Shown piece after piece: positions 8,589-17,923 of a DNA stretch of 64,000 nt. The stretch lies in assembly GCA_964476965.1 (NCBI GenBank), contig CAYZCV010000003.1, positions 1,184 to 65,183 of the forward strand, read 5' to 3'. The stretch's first letter is position 1, and each line of letters opens with the position of its first letter. The notes beneath the pieces were generated by a model. The model saw only the letters and a list, made by a program, of their open reading frames with translations, was not told the origin of the DNA and made no database searches. This DNA is from an uncultured Opitutus sp. (GTDB lineage Bacteria > Verrucomicrobiota > Verrucomicrobiia > Opitutales > Opitutaceae). The position numbers were made by a program, and so were the translations under genes.

Positions 8589-9977
8589 ATGCTCCTGCCG
8601 ACCAAGACGCGATCGCCTGATCTCTACCCGTACCGGCACGGGTTGTACTTCTCGTTCTTCAACGCGCTCAACTGGCAGGTCGCGATCGGGATCCCGACCG
8701 TGCTCTTCATGCAGGAGCTGGGGGCCGATTCATTCCAGGTCGGGCTCGTGTTCTCGTGGACTTTTCTGCTCACGCCCGCGCAGGTGCTGGCCACGGCCTT
8801 CCTGCCCTACCTCGGCTTCAAGCGCCTCACGCTCGCCGGCTGGAGCGCGCGCGGCTGGTGCCTGGTTGTACCCCTCGGACTGGCCCTGCTGGCCCCGACC
8901 GAGACCCAGCCGTGGATGATCTATGCCGTGGCCGTGGCGATGTTCATCTACAGCCTTGCGCGGGCCACCGGGGCCTCGGCCCTCACCACGTGGCTCTTCC
9001 AGCTGATTCCCTCGAAGATCCAGGGGCAGTACTGGTCGAACGACCAGATCCTCTCCGGCACCGCCGTGATGGGTTCGCTGGCGGTCTATTCGCTGCTCTT
9101 CGCGCTCATCCCGATCTACTGGGCCTTCGTCGTGCAATACTCGGTCGCGATCATCGGTGCGTGGATGGCCTTCCACTATCTGAACAAGCTGCCGGACGTG
9201 GAGAAGCCCAAGATGCTCAGCTTGGAAAAGATCGTCTCGGAGACACCCCGCCTGATCGTCGAGCCCAGCCTCTTTCGCACCTACCTGTGGCTCTCGGTCG
9301 CCCTCTTCTTCACCATCACGCCGATTGCCCCGTTCACCGCGTACTACCTGAAGGCGACGAGTGAAATGACGACCGCGGGCATCATGCTGCTGACCATGCT
9401 CACGTACGTCGGCCTGATCGTGGCCAACGGGTTCATGCGTTCGCACATGGATTCCCACGGGACCAAGCCCTTTTTCAAGCTGTCCTACCTCCTCTTCGCG
9501 CTGATCGCCGCCGGCTGGCTCTTCTTCCTCAATACGGACGGTCGCTGGCTGTTCATGCTGCCCCTGCTCTACTTCCTGCAGGGAGCCGCCTCGGGGTGCT
9601 GGACCTCGGCCAATCTCAACTACCTCGCCAAGATCCTGCCCGAGAAGGACCGCGCCCTGCCGGTGTCGATCCACGGCGCCGTGATCACCTTCCTCGGCGG
9701 CTGCTCACCCGTGCTCTGGGGCCTCTTCCTTAAAGGCACCAGCGGCACGGCGGCGGTGAATGTGCCCGTGCTCCAGATTTTCTTCGGCCTACTGCTCGCG
9801 ACCACGATTGCGCTCTTCTACTTTGTCCGTCGGCTGCCGGAAAAGACCGGACCGGTGGACGCGCTCCTGCAGGGCGGCTGGTTGCTGCGCCCCTTCCGCG
9901 GGGTGGGCAATCTCATCAGCTTCGTCGAGCGCACGCCGCCCAAGCCGGAGAACGCACCTTCGGCCAAGTCGGATTAA
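8589..9977 (+). CDS. MFS-type permease (multi-pass membrane protein)
   Basis: 462 aa with 12 or more hydrophobic segments. Starts 8 nt after the NagA-like gene; last gene of the plus-strand operon. Confidence 0.6.
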   Translation: MLLPTKTRSPDLYPYRHGLYFSFFNALNWQVAIGIPTVLFMQELGADSFQVGLVFSWTFLLTPAQVLATAFLPYLGFKRLTLAGWSARGWCLVVPLGLALLAPTETQPWMIYAVAVAMFIYSLARATGASALTTWLFQLIPSKIQGQYWSNDQILSGTAVMGSLAVYSLLFALIPIYWAFVVQYSVAIIGAWMAFHYLNKLPDVEKPKMLSLEKIVSETPRLIVEPSLFRTYLWLSVALFFTITPIAPFTAYYLKATSEMTTAGIMLLTMLTYVGLIVANGFMRSHMDSHGTKPFFKLSYLLFALIAAGWLFFLNTDGRWLFMLPLLYFLQGAASGCWTSANLNYLAKILPEKDRALPVSIHGAVITFLGGCSPVLWGLFLKGTSGTAAVNVPVLQIFFGLLLATTIALFYFVRRLPEKTGPVDALLQGGWLLRPFRGVGNLISFVERTPPKPENAPSAKSD

Positions 9978-10000
9978 GGCGGGCCGGATGGCGCCGCGGC

Positions 10001-11011
10001 TCAGGCGCCCGCCAGCTGGGCCGGCGTGAGTTCGTTCAGGAGCGGGCGGCCATCGGCGAAGCGGTGCAGGTTCTGCGCGAAGATGTCCCACAGACGCTCC
10101 TTGAAGCGCGGACTCAGGCTGGAGCCCGAGATGTGCGGGGTGAAGATCACATTGGGGAAGCGCCAGAGCGGATGCTCCGGCGGCATCGGGTAATGGTAGT
10201 GCGTGTCGAGCGCCGCGCCCGCGATCCAGCCCTCGCGCAGGGCCCGCAGCAGCGCCGCCTCCTGGATGATGGGCCCGCGCGCAGGGTTGAGCACGAAGGC
10301 GTGGCGCGGGAGCGCCTGCAGTTCGCGCTCCCCGACCATGCCCTCGGTGGCCTTGGTCAGGGGAAGCGCGAACACCAGGAAGTCCAGGCCGCTCAGAAAC
10401 GCCCGCTCCTCGCCCGCTCGAAACACCCGGTCTGGCAGCACGCCTTTCGGATCGCCCGTGCCGGGAACCGTGTAGACCTCCTCGCGGGCATCCACGCCCT
10501 TGCGCGTGAGCACATGCACGCGCAGGCCCATCTGCCGGGCCAGCCGTGCGGTTTCCCGGCCGATCCCGCCGTAACCCCACAGGCCGATCGTCGCACCGCG
10601 GATCTCCCGCTGGAAGACGGCGCCCCGATCCCACACCTGCGCGTCCTGGTTGCGCACCATCTGACGCAGGTCGCGCGCGAGATTCACCATCATCGCGATC
10701 ACCCATTCGGCAATCGGCACATCAAAGCAGCCGCGGGCATTCGTCGCGCGGATCCCGCGCTCCGGGAGATTCAGTCCGAACAGCTGCGTGTAGCCCGTCG
10801 ACGCGATCTGGACCCAGCGGACCGCCTTCATCTCCGCAAAATTGGTCGGCGGGAAGGTGCAGAACAGCGCCTCCACCTCCGCCAGATGCGCGCTGGCCAG
10901 CGGCCGGACGGTCTCACCCGGCGGCTGGATGCACTCGATCTCGAACCGGCCGCTGTCCTGTAGCACGGTGAGCGCCACCGGTTCGACCGCCGCGTCAACG
11001 AGGACTTTCAT
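10001..11011 (-). CDS. D-isomer-specific 2-hydroxyacid dehydrogenase, NAD(P)-binding
   Basis: GLWGYGGIGRETARLARQMGLRV Rossmann motif, RGPIIQEAALLRAL...GAALDT and TPHISG are hallmarks of the D-2-hydroxyacid dehydrogenase family. Confidence 0.85.
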   Translation of the reverse strand: MKVLVDAAVEPVALTVLQDSGRFEIECIQPPGETVRPLASAHLAEVEALFCTFPPTNFAEMKAVRWVQIASTGYTQLFGLNLPERGIRATNARGCFDVPIAEWVIAMMVNLARDLRQMVRNQDAQVWDRGAVFQREIRGATIGLWGYGGIGRETARLARQMGLRVHVLTRKGVDAREEVYTVPGTGDPKGVLPDRVFRAGEERAFLSGLDFLVFALPLTKATEGMVGERELQALPRHAFVLNPARGPIIQEAALLRALREGWIAGAALDTHYHYPMPPEHPLWRFPNVIFTPHISGSSLSPRFKERLWDIFAQNLHRFADGRPLLNELTPAQLAGA

Positions 11012-11016
11012 GGGGC

Positions 11017-12231
11017 TCAGTCTGTGAGAATCTTGCCCGGGACACTATTGAATTCGCCCGAGCCCGGCTTGAACGGATAGCGGCGCTTGATCTCGTCAGT
11101 CAGCACCACGCCGAAACCCGGCCGGTCCGGCGGGAACACGTAGCCGTCCTTCATGACCAGCCCACCGTCAATCACCTCCGAGTGCAGCCCCGCATAATCG
11201 GGCGCGATCTCAAGGATGCAGGTGTTGGCACAGGCAAAGCCCGCGTGCACATTCTGCATGAGCGATCCGCCGGCACCCCAGGCATGGGTGGCGATCTTGC
11301 GGCCGCGCTCCTCCATCATCTTCGCGACCGCCATGAACTCGCCGATGCCGCCGGTGAACGACGCATCAGGCTGCCCGATGTCGAACGAATCCTGCGCAGC
11401 GAAGACACGCCACTCATACGTTGCGGTGAGGCACTCGCCACCCGCGATGGGCACGTTGGTCGCCTTGCAGAGCTCGGCATAGCCCCAGGGATCCGTGTAA
11501 TGCAGGGGCTCTTCGAAGAAAAAGAGATCAAAAGGCTCGACCGCCTTGGCGGCGGCAATGGCGATCTCGACCGTCCAGGTCTTGCCCGGACTGTTGCCCA
11601 TGTGACCGTCGAGCATGAGCCACGCATCCTTGCCCGCGTGCGCCCGCATGAAGGCGACCTTGTCCGCCTCGAAGTCAGCCACCTCGGCCACGCCCATCGG
11701 GGTGTACCAACCCTTCTCGGGCGTCCGGCTCCCGGTGGCGACCTTGATGCCGCGGAAGCCGAGCGAGAAATAGTGGTCAATCTTCTGCGCGAGCCGCTCC
11801 TTCGGATAATTGCTGGGACCGCCCGTCGCGTACGCCGGCAGACGCGCATGCTTGGACCCGCCCAGCAGCGCATGGACCGGGAGGCCAAGCAGCTTGCCCT
11901 TCAGATCCCATAGCGCCGCCTCGATCCCATTCAGCACGGACGTCCCCAGACCCACTCGGCACCAGAAATTACCGCACCGGTACATGCGCTGCCAGAGTTC
12001 GGGGATGTCGTCGACCGTCTGCCCGATCAGGATCGGACGAAAGAAATCCACGATCGAGGGCACCACCTCGGGGCAGAAGTAACCCGCATAGGTCTCCCCA
12101 ATTCCAATCAGCGGCCCATCCGTGATGATCTCGATGAAGGCGGCGCTGCGCAGCTTCCGCGCCTCACGGAGGAAGGGGTCATTGGTGCACGGTCCGGTCA
12201 GGAGCGTGGTGCGGACGTCGATGATTTTCAT
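11017..12231 (-). CDS. Enolase-superfamily enzyme (mandelate racemase / muconate lactonizing family; acid-sugar dehydratase or cycloisomerase)
   Basis: IKVATG, LMLDGHMGN, FFFEEP, IAGGE and QPDASFTGGI carry the metal-ligand D/E/E spacing typical of MR-subgroup acid-sugar dehydratases. Confidence 0.85.
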   Translation of the reverse strand: MKIIDVRTTLLTGPCTNDPFLREARKLRSAAFIEIITDGPLIGIGETYAGYFCPEVVPSIVDFFRPILIGQTVDDIPELWQRMYRCGNFWCRVGLGTSVLNGIEAALWDLKGKLLGLPVHALLGGSKHARLPAYATGGPSNYPKERLAQKIDHYFSLGFRGIKVATGSRTPEKGWYTPMGVAEVADFEADKVAFMRAHAGKDAWLMLDGHMGNSPGKTWTVEIAIAAAKAVEPFDLFFFEEPLHYTDPWGYAELCKATNVPIAGGECLTATYEWRVFAAQDSFDIGQPDASFTGGIGEFMAVAKMMEERGRKIATHAWGAGGSLMQNVHAGFACANTCILEIAPDYAGLHSEVIDGGLVMKDGYVFPPDRPGFGVVLTDEIKRRYPFKPGSGEFNSVPGKILTD

Positions 12232-12256
12232 GAATTCGGTTACGGGGTGAAGCGCC

Positions 12257-13009
12257 TCAGTAAACGGCGCGTCCGCCGCTGAGATCGAAGGTGAAGCCGG
12301 TGGTGAAGCTCGTCTCGCGGGACACGATGAACGCCACCATGGCGGCCACCTCGTCGAGGGTCCCGCAGCGCTGCATGGGAATCTTGTCCGTATTCGCCTT
12401 CACCTGCGCCTCCGGCATGGCGTCGACCAGGGGCGTGCGAATCACGGCGGGCGCGAGCGCGTTGATGGTCACGCCGGTGCCGGCGTATTCCTTGCCCTGA
12501 GACTTGGTGAGCCCGATCACCGCGGCCTTGGAACTCGAGTACGCGACCATGCCGGCGTTGCCGTCCTTACCCGCGATCGAGGCCAGGTTGAGGATGCGGC
12601 CATAGCCGCGCGCCAGCATCACCGGGAGAACCGCCTTCGAGAGGATGAAGACGCCCAGCAGGTTCAGGCGCAGCACGCGCTCGAAATCCTCGAGCGGGAC
12701 TTCATGCGACTTGAGATTGGTGCGTCCGGTGATGCCCGCGCTGTTGACGAGGATCTCGATCCCACCCCAGGCCGCCACGATCTCGGCGATCGCTGCGGAT
12801 ACGTCCGCCTCGCGCGTCACATCCACCGCCACACGCCGGTGCGGGGCCGGAAACTCGGACGCGAGCGCGGCGAGCCCCGAGGCATCGAGGTCGAGGATCG
12901 CGACGGTTGCGCCCTCGCTCTTCAGGCGGCGGGCGACCGCCAGGCCGATGCCCGAGCAGCCGCCGGTGATGAGGGCTCGCTGATCCGCGAAACGGGGCGT
13001 TGTTGTCAC
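12257..13009 (-). CDS. Short-chain dehydrogenase/reductase (SDR)
   Basis: ALITGGCSGIGLA (TGxxxGxG), NSAG and YSSSKAA (YxxxK). Confidence 0.9.
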   Translation of the reverse strand: MTTTPRFADQRALITGGCSGIGLAVARRLKSEGATVAILDLDASGLAALASEFPAPHRRVAVDVTREADVSAAIAEIVAAWGGIEILVNSAGITGRTNLKSHEVPLEDFERVLRLNLLGVFILSKAVLPVMLARGYGRILNLASIAGKDGNAGMVAYSSSKAAVIGLTKSQGKEYAGTGVTINALAPAVIRTPLVDAMPEAQVKANTDKIPMQRCGTLDEVAAMVAFIVSRETSFTTGFTFDLSGGRAVY

Positions 13010-13017
13010 GGCGCGAA

Positions 13018-13923
13018 TCAGCGTTGACGCCAGCCGGCCGGGACCGCGGCCTTGAAGCGCTCGAAATCCTCCTCCGAGGCGGACTCGTAGGGGGGCAGCA
13101 GGCGCAGGGGAAAGGTCGGGTCCGACATGCGGAAGAGCATCTTGTCATAGGCTCCGTCGATGTGGAACTTGCCGCCGGCGGCCTTGAGCCCGGCCACCAT
13201 CGCCTTGAAATCCTCGACATCCGCGGCCCGCTGCTCGTCGGTCCCCGCCACGAAAGCCTTGGCCCGGCCGGGGTGAACCGAGGCGAGTGAGATGAGCAAA
13301 CCGAGGTCGTGGGTCTTGCGGGCCATCGCGTAGCCCATTTCGGTGATGTAGAAGCGCAGCCGTGGCTGCAGGCTCATCAGGTCGGCGATCACCGCGGGAT
13401 CGGTGGTGCTGTTCTTCACCGCGATGAAGTTCGGGTGCGCGGCGGCGAGCCGGCGATATTCGACGGACGTCAGCAGGCGCTTGGTCCGCATCAGGTTGTA
13501 ATGGTGAAATTGGCAGTCGGGGAAGCGGCCGCAGGTCTCGGCGAAGAAGCGGTCGACTTCCGCGTCATTCAGTGCACCCCACGACGGCAGGGACAGCTGA
13601 AACAACCGAAAACCCCGTGCGCGGCTGCGCTCGATGCGCTCAATGATCGTCGGCAGGGACAGGGAGATCAGGCCGATCATGGGCGTGGCCTGGGCCTCGC
13701 GCGCACTCTCCCAAAAAGCGCGGGTAATCTGGTCGTACTGGGACTCCGTCACGGCATAGCCCTCGCCGGCGGTGCCGAAGACGTAGATGTGGCGCGTCAG
13801 CTCGCGCGCGATGGTGTGCACCTGGCGGCGAAACACGTCTTCCTGGAATTCAAAGCGCTCGTTCCAGGGAACGACGGCGGTGGCGAGAATGGTGGGCAGG
13901 GCGGAATCAGGCGGGGTCTTCAT
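13018..13923 (-). CDS. Dihydrodipicolinate synthase / N-acetylneuraminate lyase family class-I pyruvate aldolase
   Basis: VFGTAGEGYAVT (GxxGE motif) and FIAVKNST (Schiff-base lysine context). 301 aa. Confidence 0.7.
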   Translation of the reverse strand: MKTPPDSALPTILATAVVPWNERFEFQEDVFRRQVHTIARELTRHIYVFGTAGEGYAVTESQYDQITRAFWESAREAQATPMIGLISLSLPTIIERIERSRARGFRLFQLSLPSWGALNDAEVDRFFAETCGRFPDCQFHHYNLMRTKRLLTSVEYRRLAAAHPNFIAVKNSTTDPAVIADLMSLQPRLRFYITEMGYAMARKTHDLGLLISLASVHPGRAKAFVAGTDEQRAADVEDFKAMVAGLKAAGGKFHIDGAYDKMLFRMSDPTFPLRLLPPYESASEEDFERFKAAVPAGWRQR

Positions 13924-13928
13924 GGCGG

Positions 13929-14663
13929 TCAGGGTTGGAGCTGGGCGGTGATGCGGGACGCCACTTGGGCGGACAGCGCAGCGGAGCCCTCGGGAGTGAA
14001 ATGGACATTGGCCGGCAGCTGCCAGACGGGATGAGTCCGAGCCAGGGCCCAGAGGTCGTCGACCTCGACGCCGGCCTCGCGCATGACGCTGCGCGCCGCG
14101 TCGTTATAGAGGACTTCCTCGCCCTCCACGCGCCCCACGGTACCGGCCGGCACGGGCGTCGTGGTGGCAAAAATGAGGCGGGCCCCGGTGGTCTGGAGCT
14201 GCGTCACGATCTGCCGGAGGTGGTTCGCATACTCGGCCGGCGTGGCCAGCGGGCGATCCCCGGACTTCGGAATCAGATAATTGCCCTGCGCGTCCATGTA
14301 CTTGAGGTCATGCAGGCCGAAATTGAAGTAGATGACGGACCAGGGCCGCTCGCCGAGCCACGTCGGCAGGCGCGCCAGCCCGTACACGGTGGGACCGCAA
14401 TTCTCGGGCGGGCGCTGGACATTGGCGCGTCCGGCGAGCCGCGCCCGAACCTCCCGCGTGTAGGCGATGGAAATCGAGTCTCCGATCAGGAGCACGCGGG
14501 GCAGCCCCGGAACCTCCGCCACCGGCTCCAGCGCCGGGGCCAGCGCTGGAGACAGGGGGTGATGCAGCCCGAGCTTGACGAGGTCGATCTCCGCGCGGGC
14601 CGGAGAGCCGAAGATGGTTCCCAGCACTCCCAGAAGGACCAGCGTGGAACGGCGGGCGGACAT
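13929..14663 (-). CDS. Secreted SGNH/GDSL hydrolase (carbohydrate or sialate O-acetylesterase-like)
   Basis: Signal peptide MSARRSTLVLLGVLGTIFGSPARA. LLIGDSISIAY (GDS block I), FNFGLHD (block III-like) and a C-terminal HFTPEG (DxxH-type block V variant). Confidence 0.7.
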   Translation of the reverse strand: MSARRSTLVLLGVLGTIFGSPARAEIDLVKLGLHHPLSPALAPALEPVAEVPGLPRVLLIGDSISIAYTREVRARLAGRANVQRPPENCGPTVYGLARLPTWLGERPWSVIYFNFGLHDLKYMDAQGNYLIPKSGDRPLATPAEYANHLRQIVTQLQTTGARLIFATTTPVPAGTVGRVEGEEVLYNDAARSVMREAGVEVDDLWALARTHPVWQLPANVHFTPEGSAALSAQVASRITAQLQP

Positions 14664-14676
14664 GAACGAAGTGAAA

Positions 14677-15132
14677 CTAGACCTTCACCTTCACCACCAC
14701 CTTGAGCACCTCAGCGGGGGCACCCCACGCGCAGGACGGAATGTGGGCATCCTCCGGATAGAAAATCGCATACTGGCCCTCGCGCACCTGCACGGGAACG
14801 CCCTCGGGGATCAGCGCAAACAGGGCGGCATCCTTGGACTCGTCGAAGGGCATGGTGACCACCTTCATGAGCGGCAGCGGCGCCCAGTACATGACCTCGC
14901 GTCCGCTCAGCATGAACTGGATGTCGATGTACTTTTTGTGCGCCTCGTACTGGCGCTCCTCGACGGGCTTGGTGGCGTGACGTTGCACGAACGCATAGAC
15001 CTCCTCGCCGTCGATTTCGTAGCGTCCAGGGGCCTTCTGGTCGGTGACGGTGCGAAGGAAGGCGAAGGCCTTGTGGAAACGGGGGGACAAGGCGCTGTAA
15101 CGCGCAGCTTGGTCAAGGGTATCGAGGATCAT
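14677..15132 (-). CDS. YhcH/YjgK/YiaL (DUF386) family protein
   Basis: Track ORF 14677..15243 trimmed to ATG 15132 (MILDTLDQAARY). HKKYIDIQFMLSGRE and the FYPEDAH cupin-like motifs are characteristic. The E. coli member is encoded in the nan regulon. Confidence 0.7.
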   Translation of the reverse strand: MILDTLDQAARYSALSPRFHKAFAFLRTVTDQKAPGRYEIDGEEVYAFVQRHATKPVEERQYEAHKKYIDIQFMLSGREVMYWAPLPLMKVVTMPFDESKDAALFALIPEGVPVQVREGQYAIFYPEDAHIPSCAWGAPAEVLKVVVKVKV

Positions 15133-15321
15133 GAGAAAAGGGTAACGGGCAAAGACACTTCTCGGCGCGGCGGGGCGCAGCGAGAGCGGGTCAGCAGGGC
15201 AAAGCGTCCACGTGCAAGACGGAGGCCGCAGGGACGCGCCCATTGGACCGGGCTTTGGTCCAGGCCGGGGTCAGGCCTGACGACGAAGGAAAAGAGCGAG
15301 GGTTTGGGCGGCGTTGCGCCA

Positions 15322-15361
15322 CCCGTTTCGAAAACGGTTGCGGCGCCCAAGGCGCCGCAAC
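15322..15361 (-). terminator. Second and third hairpins in tandem behind the terminator
   Basis: A perfect 11-bp GC-rich stem, GTTGCGGCGCC-CAA-GGCGCCGCAAC (15337-15361), sits next to CCGTTT-CGA-AAACGG (15322-15336). On the minus strand the latter supplies a TTTT run. Confidence 0.45.
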
Positions 15362-15369
15362 GCGGCCAT

Positions 15370-15408
15370 AAAAAAGCTTCACTCCCGAATCAGATCCGGA
15401 AGTGAAGC
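15370..15408 (-). terminator. Rho-independent terminator downstream of the TonB-dependent receptor gene
   Basis: On the minus strand: GCTTCACT - 17-nt loop - AGTGAAGC followed by TTTTTT (plus-strand AAAAAA at 15370-15375). The stem arms are 15376-15383 and 15401-15408. It starts about 20 nt after the stop codon. Confidence 0.7.
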
Positions 15409-15428
15409 GAAAGACCGAGTCAGGTTCC

Positions 15429-17639
15429 TTAGAACTTGTAGGTCGCGGCGAACGTGAACGTGCGCGGCGGGCTCGGGTCAACGAAGAGCGGGGTCTGCGC
15501 ACCCATCGCGAACGCCTTGTCGAGGACGTTCTCGATGTTTACGCGGACGGTCCAGTTCTTGTTCACCACATAGCCGACGAACATGTTCATGTTCCAGACC
15601 GACTCGAGGACGATCGGGGCCGGGGTCACACCGGTCGGATAGATGTAGGAAGCGCCCTGGGTGGAGAAGTAGTTGCCACCGGTCTTGCTGGCGCCGCCGC
15701 CGATGCTGACACCCTTGAGGGCGCCCTCGTTGAACTCATAGCGGGTGAAGAAGCTGTAGAGGCTGTCGTAGGTGTTGTTCACCTTGGCACCCGTCTGGTC
15801 CTCAACCGTACCGCGATAGGCCGTGGCAATGATCTGCCACTCCGGGATCGGGGCCCAGGAGATGTTGCCGTCCCAGCCCTTCTGGTACTGTACGCCGGCG
15901 GCCGCGAAGAACGGCTGCTGGGTGATCGGGCTGAGGCCGCCCTGGAGCACGGCGACATTGGTCAGCTCGATGTCGAAGTACGACAGCGTGGTGGACAGAC
16001 GACCGCCGAAGAGGGAAGTCTTGAGACCGAACTCCTGGCCCTTGCCGACCTGAGCGGGAAGCAGGATGCCGTTCACGTCACGGGTGTTGCTGTTGCCCTG
16101 GGGCGCGAAGGTCGTGGAGTCGAGGACGTAGAGGGCCACATCCTTGATCGGGTTGAAGACCACACCGTAACGGTGGAGGTTTTCATCGAACTGCACGATG
16201 CGCGTGCCGCCCGCCGTGTTGCGGGTCAGGATGTTCGGGACGTCGTTGATCTGCAGCGAGGCGGCGCTCCAACCAGCCACGAGGATCAGGCGGTCAGGAA
16301 TGACCGTCGCCTGGTGCTGGTAGTAGTAGGTCGCGCGGCGATTGTTCGTCCACGTGCCGAAGGAGCCGACCGGAACATAGGAGTCGTAGGTCGGGACGAC
16401 CACGGAATCCATGTTCGGGTTCGAGATCGAGAAGGCCTGCGCACCGGTGCCGCCGCCGAAGGTCGTGCTGCGGGGGAAGGAACCGCGGACATACTCGTCG
16501 GTCAGCGTGAAGCCGGCCGCGCTCTGGTTCTCAACGGAGCCGATCTTGTAGGTGCCGATGATGTCCTGATTCAGCACCCAGTTTTCCTGGCGCTGGTAGT
16601 TGCGACGGGCGAAGAGCGTGAACTCGTTCTTCACCAGATCGAGGCCCTGCGGAAGCAGGTTCGTGCCCTTGCGAACGTACTTCAGGTGCGAGAGGGAGGT
16701 CTTGGACTCCCAGTTGTCAGCAAAACGGAAGAGCAACGCGGCGCGCTGGCGCAGCTGGTTGTGGTTTTCCATGATGCCCTTCGGGTAATAGCCCTCGTCA
16801 CGGCCGGCGCCGGTGTAGAGCTTGCCGTTCGGGAGGACGAAGTTCTGGCCGCCAGCGATCGAGTCGATGTCCACATAGTCAAGCGCGACACGGACGGTCG
16901 CATTCTTGAAGTCGAACTGCATGGTCGGATGGAGCGCCACGCGGTCATCCTTCATGTTCTTGAGGAAGGTGTCGCCGCCCTGGAAGGCCGCGACCGCACG
17001 GTAGGAAACCTTGGTGTCACCGAGATTGCCCAGCGGGCCGGTCGAATCGACCTCCGCGCGATAAAGGCCCTCACTGGTGATCGAGGCGTTGACGATCTGC
17101 TGATCGAACGGGAGGGGCTTCTTCGTCGATTTGAGGACGATGCCGCCGACACCCGCATTCGCGTAGAGCACGCCGGCGGGGCCGCGGATGACCTCGTAGG
17201 AGTCAATGTTGACGTTGTCGCTGTACGGCACGTTCTCGATCGAATCGTCGAGATACGGGTTCAACGTACGCGCGCCGCGGAGGCGGACGGACTCACCGCG
17301 GTAGAACTGGCTGGCACCGCCGATGGCCAGGACGTCCGAAGTGCGGACGGCGCCGATGTCCTTCACCAAGTCGCTCGTGATAACGAGAATCGACTGGGGA
17401 ATCTTGATCAGCTCCTGGTTCGTCTTGAAACCGGAGGCGGCGTTGTTGGCAACGTAACCACGGTCCTGGGTCGACTGAACTTCGAATTTCGACATCTGCA
17501 CGACGTTCTCCGAGGCGTTGGCGCTCGGAGTGGCGGCGGGCGAGGTCTGGGCGGAAGAGAACACGGACGTGGCAAGCGAAGCCACGCACGCGGTGAGGGT
17601 CTTGGTGACGAGCGAAGTGCGCGATTTACTGGGTGTCAT
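15429..17639 (-). CDS. TonB-dependent outer-membrane receptor
   Basis: Track ORF 15429..17699. I prefer ATG 17639 (MTPSKSRTSLVTKTLTACVASLATSVFSSAQT signal peptide) because the conserved 15-bp site at 17681-17695 would otherwise fall inside the CDS. Plug-domain motifs (IPQSILVITSDLVKDIG, IEVIRGPAGVLY-like) and the terminal beta-strand FTFAATYKF are present. Confidence 0.9.
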   Translation of the reverse strand: MTPSKSRTSLVTKTLTACVASLATSVFSSAQTSPAATPSANASENVVQMSKFEVQSTQDRGYVANNAASGFKTNQELIKIPQSILVITSDLVKDIGAVRTSDVLAIGGASQFYRGESVRLRGARTLNPYLDDSIENVPYSDNVNIDSYEVIRGPAGVLYANAGVGGIVLKSTKKPLPFDQQIVNASITSEGLYRAEVDSTGPLGNLGDTKVSYRAVAAFQGGDTFLKNMKDDRVALHPTMQFDFKNATVRVALDYVDIDSIAGGQNFVLPNGKLYTGAGRDEGYYPKGIMENHNQLRQRAALLFRFADNWESKTSLSHLKYVRKGTNLLPQGLDLVKNEFTLFARRNYQRQENWVLNQDIIGTYKIGSVENQSAAGFTLTDEYVRGSFPRSTTFGGGTGAQAFSISNPNMDSVVVPTYDSYVPVGSFGTWTNNRRATYYYQHQATVIPDRLILVAGWSAASLQINDVPNILTRNTAGGTRIVQFDENLHRYGVVFNPIKDVALYVLDSTTFAPQGNSNTRDVNGILLPAQVGKGQEFGLKTSLFGGRLSTTLSYFDIELTNVAVLQGGLSPITQQPFFAAAGVQYQKGWDGNISWAPIPEWQIIATAYRGTVEDQTGAKVNNTYDSLYSFFTRYEFNEGALKGVSIGGGASKTGGNYFSTQGASYIYPTGVTPAPIVLESVWNMNMFVGYVVNKNWTVRVNIENVLDKAFAMGAQTPLFVDPSPPRTFTFAATYKF

Positions 17640-17680
17640 TTGGTTGGCAGGGCTAAGAAAGAGGACCGCTAAGCGGACCA

Positions 17681-17695
17681 CTATTGTATACACTG
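17681..17695 (-). promoter_or_regulatory. Candidate operator of the FadR-type GntR regulator, copy 1 (reads CAGTGTATACAATAG on the minus strand)
   Basis: 15/15 identical to the plus-strand sequence at 18675-18689. Palindromic core TGTATACA. Lies 42-56 bp upstream of the preferred TonB-dependent receptor start. Confidence 0.55.
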
Positions 17696-17923
17696 TCACG
17701 ACACCGTGACGTTAAGTCAAGCCCTCTGCATACGGTTCTCCGCAGGGAATCTTGCCTGCCCGCGACGTTGCGAACGGCCTACCCCGCCCGCGAGATACAC
17801 CGGTTCAAGACCGTGTTCCCTGATTTGAATCCGTCCGACAGGAGGCAGGGCCGAAAGCGACCGGCCGGACCGGTTTTGCCGGAGACCTTCGTCGGGCCCG
17901 CGTCGCGGGACTCGCCCCCCCGA

